Assembly: GCA_963681965.1 (NCBI GenBank)
Contig: OY820579.1
Span: forward strand, 1,696,001-1,760,000
Reading direction: 5' to 3'
DNA: 64,000 bases
DNA from: a bacterium
GTDB taxonomy: Bacteria > Electryoneota > JAOADG01
Shown here: positions 10,479-20,465 of the stretch, one piece after another
Position numbering within the stretch: position 1 is the first letter of the stretch
Layout of the letters: every line of letters starts with the position of its first letter
Translations under genes and position numbers: made by a program
The notes under the pieces: generated by a model
The model's input: only the letters and a program-made list of their open reading frames with translations
The model's database searches: none
What the model was told of the DNA's origin: nothing

Positions 10479-10818
10479 AGAGATAGTCTCCTACACGATT
10501 AAACGGATCGGTTTGGATCATTCAAGATCGGTAGCTGAAGACGGTCAACCGATCAGGAAAAGTATAGAACCATTGGGAGCAGCTCTTCGAGGTACATCAC
10601 GATTCCGGTCTTAAAATACAAATATGAGGCCTCAAAAGCAATACCAGCGCGGGATAAATACTAATAAGTTTGCTGAATTAGTCGATTTACTCTCTGATTG
10701 AGACCGGAAGTTAAGGAAATTCCTCAAATTCTCAACCGGCTTGCATCGCTTCCCTACATTTGCTTATTTTACTCTACTTCTAATTGTCCTACAGATCGCT
10801 CGACTGCTGAGGTGAAGA

Positions 10819-11781
10819 ATGCGGATTTTTAAGTCGGTTTCTTTTTTGTTGTTAATGCTAGCATTAATGCTAATTGGCATGCCGTTATTTTCGGGGTGTG
10901 GACGTAACTCTACTGACCCGATCGTCACGACACGATCCCCTTCCGAAGATGACGATACTCGTTTAGCGTATTATGCCATCGAGACCTTCGACAAATTTAT
11001 GCTTTCGATCGAGCAGTCTAAGAGTCGCTTTGGAGTCAATGGCGGTGTCGATTATTCGGTGTATACTCCTGTTGGCTGGGATACTTTGATTCCACGTGAT
11101 ACTACCGAGCAACCGACTACGGAAAAATTGCTTTCCGTACCGTGGAGCAATTTGCTCTATCAAAGCCTCTATCAAGAGTCGGAACTGTCGAGAATTCAGT
11201 TCGATAAAGACCTCGATGCCGGCATCGCGTTGCGACCAGCACGGGTTTTCTGGGGCTTCTATCGGTATGGTGCATTAGGCATTTCAGTACGCGGAATTCC
11301 CGATTCGATTCGCGAACGATATCGCAATCTTCCCTTCGACGGTCTCGATTACGAAATGAAATATTCTAACAATTACCGCGACCCACGCTTTTTCAGTGGA
11401 CAGGGCGCATTTACTGGTGTTGTCAATGTGAATGTCACCTATGCCGGTGGTCGAGCGAATTCCAATCAATCCGATACGGTTACTGCAAAGATCGAATTCG
11501 ACAACGTCGGATATCAAATTGGCGACAATAGCGCACACTTTAAACTATCTGCCAATCTTCCCTATTACAATATGTTGACCGATTTCTACTCATTCTCGCG
11601 TAAACCGTTGGAAGTCGAAATCAACGTAAGTCAGAATGGTCGAGGTAGTGGAACAATCTGGTACGGCGGGTCCGAACGAGTGCATATCTATTTCGAAGGA
11701 CGTCCGTATTATTACACCGGAACTTTCCGAATCGGTCTCGACAATTTTGCGAAATCGCACACGATTCCATCTACATTCTGA
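10819..11781 (+). CDS. Hypothetical lipoprotein
   Basis: Lipobox FSGC; GAGGTG SD; no recognisable domain. Confidence 0.65.
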   Translation: MRIFKSVSFLLLMLALMLIGMPLFSGCGRNSTDPIVTTRSPSEDDDTRLAYYAIETFDKFMLSIEQSKSRFGVNGGVDYSVYTPVGWDTLIPRDTTEQPTTEKLLSVPWSNLLYQSLYQESELSRIQFDKDLDAGIALRPARVFWGFYRYGALGISVRGIPDSIRERYRNLPFDGLDYEMKYSNNYRDPRFFSGQGAFTGVVNVNVTYAGGRANSNQSDTVTAKIEFDNVGYQIGDNSAHFKLSANLPYYNMLTDFYSFSRKPLEVEINVSQNGRGSGTIWYGGSERVHIYFEGRPYYYTGTFRIGLDNFAKSHTIPSTF

Positions 11782-11802
11782 TCGATCATTTCGGTAGATA
11801 TT

Positions 11803-11838
11803 AAAAAACAGGCGGGAATGAATTCCCGCCTGTTTTTT
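11803..11838. terminator. Bidirectional intrinsic terminator
   Basis: A6-caggcgggaa-tgaa-ttcccgcctg-T6 between convergent genes. Confidence 0.85.
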
Positions 11839-11854
11839 ATTGCTACAACTATAT

Positions 11855-12835
11855 TTATTCGCCCTCTGAAACTTTGTCCAATCTCGACACTTCATCCGAA
11901 GATAATTTTACCTCAATTGCAGGCAGTAGTTCTTCCAATTGCGCAATCGATGTGGCACCAATGATTGGACTTGTCATCCACGGTTTTGCTAGTAACCACG
12001 CGAGAGCAATCTGCGATAATTTCGCGTGATGATGATTCGCAATTTGCTCCATTTCATGAATTATTCCTTGGACACGAGGCGTTAACTTTTCAAGTGCCCG
12101 ACCGTTCATCGTATGACGCGCTCCTGCCGGTAACGCAACCGAAGATTGGTATTTTCCAGTTAACAAACCACCTTCAAGAGGACTATAGGGTATTAATCCG
12201 ATGTGTTCCTCGATCAGTGCGGGGAGTAGATCGGTTTCAAAGCTTTTCCGTAACGTGAGATTGTATTTCGGTTGGCTAGATACCGGTAGGGGTAGATTTT
12301 CCGACCGAGCAAATCGACAAATTTCGCGGTGCTGATCACCGGAAAAGTTGGAGAGACCGAGCCATCGTACTTTACCATCACGAACGAGTGTACTGAGCGC
12401 TTGCCACGTTTCTTCGATCGGAGTATTGGAGTCGGGAAAATGACACTGGTAGAGATCGATTGTATCAATCTGAAGCCTTCGGAGGGAATCTTCAACTGCT
12501 CGGGCGATGTGTTTTGCCGAAAGCCCTTCGCCATCTTCGCCTTCCCACATTTGACCACGTACTTTGGTCGCAATTACTACGTTATTCCGGGATTTTCCAA
12601 TCGATGTAGATTGTTTCAACCAATTTCCGATAAACGTCTCAGAAACGCCGCCCGGATTTCCCGGTACCCACCTGCTATAAACATCGGCAGTATCGATGAA
12701 ATTTATCCCTCCATCAACAGCGCGATCAAGGATACGGTGCGATTCGGGTTCATCGTTTGCCCAACCCATCGTCATCGTTCCCAGACAGAGTGGCGAAACT
12801 TGAAGGTCACTTTTTCCAAGTTGAATCAACTGCAT
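11855..12835 (-). CDS. Aldo/keto reductase
   Basis: LCLGTM, GINFIDTADVY, IATK, SLRRLQIDTIDLYQCH, PYSPLEGGLLTGKY. Confidence 0.92.
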   Translation of the reverse strand: MQLIQLGKSDLQVSPLCLGTMTMGWANDEPESHRILDRAVDGGINFIDTADVYSRWVPGNPGGVSETFIGNWLKQSTSIGKSRNNVVIATKVRGQMWEGEDGEGLSAKHIARAVEDSLRRLQIDTIDLYQCHFPDSNTPIEETWQALSTLVRDGKVRWLGLSNFSGDQHREICRFARSENLPLPVSSQPKYNLTLRKSFETDLLPALIEEHIGLIPYSPLEGGLLTGKYQSSVALPAGARHTMNGRALEKLTPRVQGIIHEMEQIANHHHAKLSQIALAWLLAKPWMTSPIIGATSIAQLEELLPAIEVKLSSDEVSRLDKVSEGE

Positions 12836-12838
12836 TTA

Positions 12839-13384
12839 TTATCCTCTCGACAAAAATTCTTGATGAGGTGTTTTCGTTAACCAACAATTTGGTTCGTGTT
12901 TGATCGGAAAGACACCAATACTCAATAAAAACTCATTCACAATTTCCGAACCGACGAATTTGAATTCCTGCTTGAATGCTTTTACCCAATTCGGTAGATC
13001 CAATTTTCGAGCAGCATTATTGACTAGCCAGGCGTCGAAACTGGATCCATTCCGCTGGAATTCCAGCAGCCGATTGGCATTGGCAATGATTGCCTCGATC
13101 TTTTTCCGGTTTCGGATAATCCCGGCATCGCTGCAAAGTCGATCGACATCGCTTTCGGTATAATTTGCAACAACCGGAATTTGAAATTTGTCGAAAGCGG
13201 TGCGTATTGCATCGCGTTTCTTTAATACGATAAGCCATGACAATCCCGCTTGCATTTGTTCCAGTGCCAATCGTTCAAGCAGTAAATTGTCATCGTGTAA
13301 CGGTACGCCATACTCATCATCGTGATATGTCAGATAAAGGGGGTGTGATTCCGCCCAAGCGCACCGAGTTCGAATAGTTTCCAT
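12839..13384 (-). CDS. tag: DNA-3-methyladenine glycosylase I
   Basis: RCAWA, YHDDEYG, LEQMQAGLSW, GIIRNRKKI, FKFVG, HEPNC; start moved to Met34 of the listed ORF. Confidence 0.9.
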   Translation of the reverse strand: METIRTRCAWAESHPLYLTYHDDEYGVPLHDDNLLLERLALEQMQAGLSWLIVLKKRDAIRTAFDKFQIPVVANYTESDVDRLCSDAGIIRNRKKIEAIIANANRLLEFQRNGSSFDAWLVNNAARKLDLPNWVKAFKQEFKFVGSEIVNEFLLSIGVFPIKHEPNCWLTKTPHQEFLSRG

Positions 13385-13406
13385 TGAATGATCTCGATTT
13401 ATAATC

Positions 13407-13433
13407 AAAAACGCCCGGAAGATCCGGGCGTTT
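13407..13433 (-). terminator. Intrinsic terminator after metK
   Basis: Minus-strand aaacgcccgga/tccgggcgttt stem followed by T run. Confidence 0.65.
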
Positions 13434-13446
13434 CGATTGGGTCGTG

Positions 13447-14574
13447 TTACTTTAATTTCTCGACGTAGTCTTTCTTTTCCCAATTGAATTCGGGAAGTTC
13501 ACGTCCGAAGTGTCCGTAGTTAGAAGATAACCGGTAAATCGGTCGACGCAGATCCAAACGGTCGATAATTCCAGCCGGTGTCATATCGAACACCTTACTG
13601 ACCAATTTAGTGATTTCACCATCAGGCATTTTCCCGGTTCCAAAAGTATCGACCATCATACTCACTGGAGCGGCAACGCCGATTGCGTATGCTACCTGAA
13701 TTTGGCAGCGATCTGCCAAACCGGCTGCTACGACGTTCTTCGCCATGTGTCGAACGGCATAGGCTGCCGAGCGATCGACCTTGGTCGGATCCTTACCGCT
13801 GAATGCGCCACCACCATGCGGGGCAGCACCACCGTACGTATCGACGATGATCTTGCGACCCGTTAAGCCGGCATCGCCGTGCGGTCCGCCAATCACAAAA
13901 TTGCCCGTCGGATTGACATAATACTTGATGTTGGATGCCAGCATCTCGCTGGGGATCACGTGCTTGATGACGTGCTCGATGATTTCATCTTTTAATTTCG
14001 AATGAAGTACATCGGGATCATGCTGACTGGAAATCACAACCGCGGTGACGTCAACCGGTTTTCCATCGACGTAGCGAACGGATACTTGCGATTTTCCATC
14101 GGGTCGAAGATATGGCAATTCGCCACTCTTCCGTACTTCGGTTAGTCGTTGGGTTAGCTTGTGTGCAAGCATAATCGGTAACGGCATCAATTCCGGAGTT
14201 TCATTGACTGCATATCCGAACATCATACCTTGGTCACCAGCACCGGCGCGATCGACTCCCATCGCAATATCGGGTGATTGTTTGTCTAGAGTGACCATCA
14301 CCGCACAGGTTTCCCAATCGAAACCGTAATGCGAACTATTGTACCCAATGTCTTTGATTACGTTACGAACCAAATCGGCGACTGGTACGTAGGTTGTCGT
14401 CGTGATTTCACCGCCAACAAGTACCAATCCAGTCGTTGTAAAGGTTTCGCAAGCAACGCGACCGAACGGATCGTCGGTCATTACTGCGTCGAGTACGGAA
14501 TCGGAAATCTGATCTGCAATTTTATCCGGGTGACCTTCGGTCACTGATTCGGAACTAAATAAAAATTCTGCCAC
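13447..14574 (-). CDS. metK: S-adenosylmethionine synthetase
   Basis: [33 protein letters not shown]. Confidence 0.97.
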   Translation of the reverse strand: MAEFLFSSESVTEGHPDKIADQISDSVLDAVMTDDPFGRVACETFTTTGLVLVGGEITTTTYVPVADLVRNVIKDIGYNSSHYGFDWETCAVMVTLDKQSPDIAMGVDRAGAGDQGMMFGYAVNETPELMPLPIMLAHKLTQRLTEVRKSGELPYLRPDGKSQVSVRYVDGKPVDVTAVVISSQHDPDVLHSKLKDEIIEHVIKHVIPSEMLASNIKYYVNPTGNFVIGGPHGDAGLTGRKIIVDTYGGAAPHGGGAFSGKDPTKVDRSAAYAVRHMAKNVVAAGLADRCQIQVAYAIGVAAPVSMMVDTFGTGKMPDGEITKLVSKVFDMTPAGIIDRLDLRRPIYRLSSNYGHFGRELPEFNWEKKDYVEKLK

Positions 14575-14788
14575 GCTATATCTCCCTCGAGCCTCGGGGC
14601 CTTCGTTGATGTATTAGATAAGAGCCGGTGACTGCATTTCCGCTCTCAACCCAAGTAGTAAAGATCGATTGGAAGTAATCTTGCAATCGAACCGAAATTC
14701 AATAAATATGATACGATGAATTAGCGGTAGTACACAGACTAATTCGAATACGTCGGTTAAACGTATTTTAATTCAAAATTGTAGTATC

Positions 14789-15814
14789 TTAACTCTTTAA
14801 TTTAAGAATCGCTGGAATCGGTGTTGCGGGAACGCCATTTTGATTCGCTAACGCCAGACTAATTCGATCGCCTAATGCGATCAATTGTAACAGTGAACAA
14901 ATCTCTTCGCCATTTCTTCGAATTACAATCGGTCGATGTCCTGTATTTTTAAGCAGTTCAACAGCCCGCTCAATGGGTCCTTCTTCGTTGGGATCTCGAA
15001 AAACAATTGTTTGAATATTTTCGAATGGCTTGGGATTATCGCACAACCCGATGATTTCATTGTGAAATGCTTCCGGAATAATACTCCAATGTGCCGGGAC
15101 TTTGCTGTTTTCGGAAAATTGATTTGCCCATCTCCGAGCAACACTAGCTAGCCGTCTAGGCGCCCAAATCCAGGGAATTTTATTTCCTAACGATTTGGCG
15201 ATCTCTTCGATTGAAAAACCGCTATCGTTCACAGATGAGCTATTATCGGTTTCAAAATTACACAGTATTTTGTTCGAACCACCGATTTCCGGATTCGGAT
15301 CGGGAGCGACACCCGCATCGAACAATAACCGCCAGAGCCCGCAAAACATATATCCCAATGCGGCACGGGGTGCTAGTCCCCCCGGCACGATTAACCGGAA
15401 CAGGTTATTCTTTTCAGCGATATCGCCGATTCGACCGCCAGAAGTTAAGACAACGACAGTAGCTTTTCTTGCCAGTGCGACTTCACAGGCTACAACCGAT
15501 TCAACGGTATCACCGGAGTAAGAAGAAGCAACAACCAATGTGTCTTCATTTACCCATATCGGGAGCATCGGACCGCGATTAACCAAGATTGGTAGCGTTA
15601 TTCGACCACCCAAGCCGTCAATCAACAGATCGCCACCGATTGCCGAACCACCCATTCCACAAATCACAGCATTGGCATATTTCTTTCGAGCAGGTGAGCC
15701 GAGTATTGGGAATGTCAGGCTATCCTGCAGTTGTTTGGGAAATTCCTTTACCCATTGTGACATCGGATCATTCGTGAACAATCCATTTTCAGATTTGTTG
15801 ATTTGGGTTGACAT
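14789..15814 (-). CDS. Bifunctional phosphoglucose/phosphomannose isomerase (SIS fold)
   Basis: GMGGSAIGG, SYSGDT, PRAAL, RW..Q.SENSK, PEAFHNEI. Confidence 0.85.
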   Translation of the reverse strand: MSTQINKSENGLFTNDPMSQWVKEFPKQLQDSLTFPILGSPARKKYANAVICGMGGSAIGGDLLIDGLGGRITLPILVNRGPMLPIWVNEDTLVVASSYSGDTVESVVACEVALARKATVVVLTSGGRIGDIAEKNNLFRLIVPGGLAPRAALGYMFCGLWRLLFDAGVAPDPNPEIGGSNKILCNFETDNSSSVNDSGFSIEEIAKSLGNKIPWIWAPRRLASVARRWANQFSENSKVPAHWSIIPEAFHNEIIGLCDNPKPFENIQTIVFRDPNEEGPIERAVELLKNTGHRPIVIRRNGEEICSLLQLIALGDRISLALANQNGVPATPIPAILKLKS

Positions 15815-15892
15815 ACAGCTATCCTTACTGGGACATTATCTTGGTAAAATAACTGATTAAATCGACCAGAGTATAGAGCTTTTTAAACTTTG

Positions 15893-15921
15893 TTGCAAGA
15901 ATCACATCTTACAGATAAGTT
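15893..15921 (+). promoter_or_regulatory. Putative sigma70 promoter
   Basis: TTGCAA-17 nt-TAAGTT upstream of the ORF at 15962. Confidence 0.4.
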
Positions 15922-15961
15922 GTTGCGTATATTATGCTGAACCAACTGAGTATGATGCCCT

Positions 15962-16183
15962 GTGAGGAATACTTTGAAAAACCAAGCCAGAAAGTTGCTA
16001 GAACCCGAAGCGCAGCCACTCCAGATGGTTGAAATGCATACGGAGCGCTTTGGTTCGCAATTCCGCGCAATAATTCGATTAAGTAACGGCGAAGAACGGG
16101 AAGCTATTGGAGATACAGCAGCTGAAGCGCAACGAAAGGCGATGGCTGGTCTTGATCTAGACTGGTCGTTTACCCCTAGATAA
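15962..16183 (+). CDS. Small hypothetical protein, dsRBD/HicB-N-like pattern
   Basis: 73 aa; FRAIIRL..GEEREAIGDTAAEAQRKAM; putative promoter upstream. Confidence 0.5.
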   Translation: MRNTLKNQARKLLEPEAQPLQMVEMHTERFGSQFRAIIRLSNGEEREAIGDTAAEAQRKAMAGLDLDWSFTPR

Positions 16184-16382
16184 AGCGAATCCTCTGAGAG
16201 TTATTCGATTATTCATTTTTTACCCTCTTTTCGATAAAGTAAGGGTTGATGCTGGTTTTTGCTCACTCACCAAATCTCTGGTGTAAATTCTTACGAATTA
16301 ATTCGATCCATTTTTTCCCAAGTCACTTTTTTTACTTCTCTTTCCGATCGAAACCGGCTATTTTTGATTCGAGGAGGGCTCT

Positions 16383-17966
16383 ATGTCAAATCGAATTATA
16401 AAAATATTCTGGCGTATGATGCTGTTTCTGGTTCTCTCCCTACCGTTTACTGCTTCAGCGCAAATTATTGTGAGAGACTCCGTACTAATCACTGACAGCT
16501 TGCCACGCATCATTTACGAACAGTACTGGGCTCGTATCCCGTTAGGTTACGACCCGCTCGTACCACCACCACTGTTTATCGCTTGTCACGCACTGGGCGC
16601 GGATTTTAACGATGCTGCTGCTCAATCAATTCTGAACGATACCGCATCGGCATGGGGCTGGATAGTATTAGCGATAAATGGTGAACCTGCCAATGAACGT
16701 GGCTGGGCGCACTGGTGGAGTCAGCGTGCGTTGCATCAACTCGATCTGGTGATGGACACATTGGCGCACAACTATCCGTTCGACCCCGACCGCATCTATT
16801 TTGTCGGGGGAAGTATGGGAGGCGCTGCCGGAATGCAGTACAACAACTCGCACATGGATCCCAACGGATACATGTGTGCAGCGACTGCAAGCGGAAGTGG
16901 CATTATCGACCTAATCCGGCGTGCACGCGAACAAGGATCGAATGTTTCGATGTCGCTGGAGTTCGGTGGTCGATACGACAGCACTAGTGCAATCAATTTT
17001 CGATATAAACGCAATTCCGCAATTGTCAGTTGGGATACCTCCAACTCATTACACTACAATTTGAAATGGTTACCAACTTATCTCGCGGCTGGAGTGAATG
17101 AAGCACATTTCACTCATGCCAGCGATCTGGTCAGGATGTTTGGACCGGAAATGCGTTCGGTTTGGCTGCAGTCAGGTGTCGGTGCGAACCATGGATGGAT
17201 TAACATCGACAGCAATTCTACGATGACATGGATTCGCCAACAACCACCGTTGCTTCGTCATCCCACTGTACAAAGCGTTGCAGCCGATTGCCCGCGCCGT
17301 TGTTACGATTTGCGGTTCGAAGAGCTTCGCTGCGATACGAATATGGCGCGAGCAATTGTACAATACGACAGTTTACTGTTTGATAATCACTGGTATTTGA
17401 CTCATCCGATTTTGAATTCGATCCGGAATGCATCTCGTCTCCGACTTTATCGTGATATTATCCCGAGTCGTCCCGACACAATCGAAATTTTCAATCGCGA
17501 TACAGCTTCGTTCGCGTTAGCGATCGAGTATGGTCGACCTCCGATCGCCGATAATTCATTCCAAGTTATTCCGCCTCTTCCCTTTTCGATTGAATTACAG
17601 AATAATGTTGTAGTTGTAATCTTGCCGGATGTGCCACAAGGATACCACGGAATGGGCACTTTCCGATATTTGAACGTGAAAGAAGGGTATTCAATGCTGC
17701 CAAGCGAATACAATATGTCCGTGTATCCAAATCCTTTTAATGGAATGACAACGGTTCGCTTGAATACACCGAATGGCGGTTTAATGTCATTGAAAGTATA
17801 TGACGTGACCGGTCGAGTGGTAAAATCGATTCCGAATAAATTCTTGCGATCAAGTGGATCGGTGTCATTTTCGCTGCCGGCTGGTGAACTATCGAGTGGC
17901 AACTATTTCATTCGAGGTAATGTCGGATCGAAGGTAGTCCAAACGCGGATGACATTGATTAAGTAG
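16383..17966 (+). CDS. Secreted alpha/beta hydrolase with T9SS-type C-terminal sorting domain
   Basis: Signal peptide; DPDRIYFVGGSMGG nucleophile elbow; CTD VYPNPFN...VYDVTGRVV...LSSGNYF...MTLIK. Confidence 0.8.
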   Translation: MSNRIIKIFWRMMLFLVLSLPFTASAQIIVRDSVLITDSLPRIIYEQYWARIPLGYDPLVPPPLFIACHALGADFNDAAAQSILNDTASAWGWIVLAINGEPANERGWAHWWSQRALHQLDLVMDTLAHNYPFDPDRIYFVGGSMGGAAGMQYNNSHMDPNGYMCAATASGSGIIDLIRRAREQGSNVSMSLEFGGRYDSTSAINFRYKRNSAIVSWDTSNSLHYNLKWLPTYLAAGVNEAHFTHASDLVRMFGPEMRSVWLQSGVGANHGWINIDSNSTMTWIRQQPPLLRHPTVQSVAADCPRRCYDLRFEELRCDTNMARAIVQYDSLLFDNHWYLTHPILNSIRNASRLRLYRDIIPSRPDTIEIFNRDTASFALAIEYGRPPIADNSFQVIPPLPFSIELQNNVVVVILPDVPQGYHGMGTFRYLNVKEGYSMLPSEYNMSVYPNPFNGMTTVRLNTPNGGLMSLKVYDVTGRVVKSIPNKFLRSSGSVSFSLPAGELSSGNYFIRGNVGSKVVQTRMTLIK

Positions 17967-17991
17967 CTAACACAATAGAATCTTATCGTCG

Positions 17992-18024
17992 AATGGGCAC
18001 ACATCGTGTGCCCATTTTCCTTTT
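17992..18024 (+). terminator. Intrinsic terminator
   Basis: aatgggcacac/gtgtgcccatt stem followed by T-rich tail. Confidence 0.7.
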
Positions 18025-18245
18025 AGATATAATTAATGATTACGGAGTGTTCGATTGCGATGTAGCTTCGTCGGAAAATAAAAGTGAGAACAATAAAATT
18101 GGTACATTGGCAATCGTCACGATAATCGAAACGAAAATCCAGATTGGCAAAACCCAGGAAATAAACTGTACCCACTTTTCAAACACGAAAACGGATATTG
18201 ACGAAAATGGGGCAATGACTATGCATATCGAAACCAGAAGTACTA

Positions 18246-19335
18246 TACCGTTTCTCATAAATAGTGTCGCATTGTTTCTTATCTTTATTTCATGCGACCT
18301 TTATCTCCTAATCCTGCGAATGGTACTTTGGACGAGATCGAAGAAGCCCTTCGTTGTTCGGTTGACCATGACGAGCACTGTCGCTTTCAAGGGATTAAAA
18401 TGCTCTTGTTAGGGTTACCGGACAATCAAGTTTGTCAAGTGTTGTCGGTTGTACCGCGATCTTTACAGCGGTGGGTTCAGCATTGGAACGCCGGTGGCAT
18501 TGACCGTTTGAAACGGATACCGCGACCGGGACGACCGCGCAAAGCTAACAAAGAACAACGGTTTCTGGTTGTCGATTGGCTTACCCATCCCGAGCAGCAC
18601 GGACAGACACACTGGACACTACGCAAGTTGCATGGCGTATTGCGTAGCGAACTACGCATCGAATTGGGCTATTCCACGCTCGCCCGTCTTGTTCGCGATG
18701 AACGATTTGCCTTGAATATGCCGCGATCCTGGCCGGCAAAACAGGATGCCGAGGCCCGGTTGGCTTTCACAGAACTGCTGTCGTCGCTGCTTGCCAGCGA
18801 TCCCAATCGGATTTGGTTCTACGACGAAAGCGGCATTACCGGCGATCCACGCCCGCGCCGACGCTGGATGCGGAAAGGAGAACGACAAACGGTTCCCTTT
18901 ACCGGCACCCATTTGCGGGAAAACATTTTGGGCGCGGTACAACCCTTATCCGGTCGGTTGTTTTCGCTGCAAATGCCGGAAGTGGATCGGGAACTGTTCC
19001 AGATTTTCCTTGACCACTTCGCCGAATATACCAAGGGCGAAAGGGTAACAATGGTGCTGGACAATGCCAGTTGGCACAAGGTTAAATCGTTAAACTGGCA
19101 TCATATTCAACCAATATTCTTGCCACCCTATTCACCCGATCTCAACCCGATAGAACGATTGTGGTTGTATATCAAAGAGCATTACTTCAACCATTGGTAC
19201 AGCAAGTCCAGAGAAGAACTAAGAGATCGGGTAACATGGGCAATACAACAGCTACTCAATCAACCAGAAATTGTAAAATCTGTAACACGAGTGTGAGAGT
19301 AAATCACAATGCGACACGATTTTCAAGAAATGGTA
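18246..19335 (+). mobile_element. IS630-family insertion sequence (1090 bp) with TA target duplication
   Basis: Imperfect 29-bp terminal IRs: taccgtttctcataaatagtgtcgcattg versus taccatttcttgaaaatcgtgtcgcattg (right end, reverse complement); flanking TA at 18244-45 and 19336-37. Confidence 0.92.
18292..19296 (+). CDS. IS630-family DDE transposase, single intact ORF
   Basis: HTH region, RPGRP, WFYDESG, VLDNASWH, PPYSPDLNPIERLW. Confidence 0.95.
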   Translation: MRPLSPNPANGTLDEIEEALRCSVDHDEHCRFQGIKMLLLGLPDNQVCQVLSVVPRSLQRWVQHWNAGGIDRLKRIPRPGRPRKANKEQRFLVVDWLTHPEQHGQTHWTLRKLHGVLRSELRIELGYSTLARLVRDERFALNMPRSWPAKQDAEARLAFTELLSSLLASDPNRIWFYDESGITGDPRPRRRWMRKGERQTVPFTGTHLRENILGAVQPLSGRLFSLQMPEVDRELFQIFLDHFAEYTKGERVTMVLDNASWHKVKSLNWHHIQPIFLPPYSPDLNPIERLWLYIKEHYFNHWYSKSREELRDRVTWAIQQLLNQPEIVKSVTRV

Positions 19336-20167
19336 TAATAGGAAAATTGCCGGTTTTAAGAAATTGTGCCAATCGGTCGATGATGGTGCGATATGCAGCG
19401 CGATACATACCACAAAATAACCGACCAAATAGGTTTGCCATTGAGTAAATATTTCCGGTCGCCACAATCTTTGGATCAATTCGGTCAATTGCCCAGATAG
19501 ATCGCTAAGAAAGATCTGCCACAAATCGATCGAATCGATCGCATTGGGAGTTGGTGGCGATACTGTGGATGAAAGAGTAGTCGAAAAATCCGGCATTAAA
19601 AATCGAACCAAGAGCAGAATCAGAGCAGTACCGCCAATTAACGGAGCAATCGGAAGAATAGTGTTACCGATATATCTCGACCATTTCCGTTTATCATCGA
19701 ACGAAGTCTCAACGATTCCAAGTTGACCGGTTTTTGGATTGGGATTGAATGGTCGGAACTTTCGAATTTTATGACCACCGATCAACGCTGCTATCAGATG
19801 GGATGTTTCGTGAATCGGTACTCCTAACCAGGCGGTAACATACAACAGCCGAAATCCGCCGAGTGAAATTATCCGTCTGAGAGTAAGAGAATTAAGAAAA
19901 ACGATATAAAGAACCATCAGCATGATTGGGAGTAATCCGCTGAGAAGGATTATCAAGAAAAATTGTCCACTCAGTTGTAGCGATTCCAGAGTAAGGTCGA
20001 ATATTTCGTTCATACCGCAATATCGATTGCCGAGGAGGTGAATTCAAGTGCTATGGCGCATTTGGGTTTGAAATATTCCATTGATTTCCGGGAGTCGGGT
20101 TTACTTCGTGATTCAATCAATGTAGATTGTATTCAATTGCATTCGATACAAGAATTTTGAGGAGAGG

Positions 20168-20392
20168 ATGACCGAAAAAAAGCTTGAGGATTGGATCACA
20201 TCCATCCTTGCCTGCCCGGTTTCGCATTCACCTTTGGCGAAAGCTGTGTATGCGGGAAAACCAGTTTTAGTCTGTACCGATCCTGCCATTCATCGTTGTT
20301 ATCCTATTCGGGACGGAATCCCCGAACTGCTACAAGAATGCGGAATCGATTTGACCGAAGATCAACATCGAACGCTACTCGACCAGCTTTGA
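20168..20392 (+). CDS. Trm112-family protein
   Basis: ILACPVSHSPL...LVC...YPIRDGIPELL; GGAGAGG SD. Confidence 0.8.
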   Translation: MTEKKLEDWITSILACPVSHSPLAKAVYAGKPVLVCTDPAIHRCYPIRDGIPELLQECGIDLTEDQHRTLLDQL

Positions 20393-20411
20393 TCGGTCGG
20401 TTTCAGAGCGC

Positions 20412-20442
20412 AAAAAAACAACACGTAGCGATACGTGTTGTT
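20412..20442 (-). terminator. Intrinsic terminator
   Basis: aacaacacgt/acgtgttgtt stem with an A7 run (T7 on the minus strand). Confidence 0.65.
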
Positions 20443-20465
20443 ATAATTTATAATCGATAAAAAAT

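Larger units (their letters stand above)
18040..20013 (-). pseudogene. HExxH membrane protein (M50/DUF3267-like) interrupted by IS630
   Basis: Removing the IS and one TA joins 20013-19336 to 18243-18040 in frame (...KPAIFLL/VLLVSICIVIAPF...), giving 293 aa with PIHETSHLIAA. Confidence 0.85.

Noticed and set aside
10603-10709. 9-bp inverted repeat ttccggtct/agaccggaa as an invertible promoter
   Set aside because: Short, built on the abundant CCGG word, and no recombinase nearby
17993-18412. 139-aa plus-strand ORF across the left end of the IS
   Set aside because: Chimeric: antisense to the split gene and crossing the IS boundary
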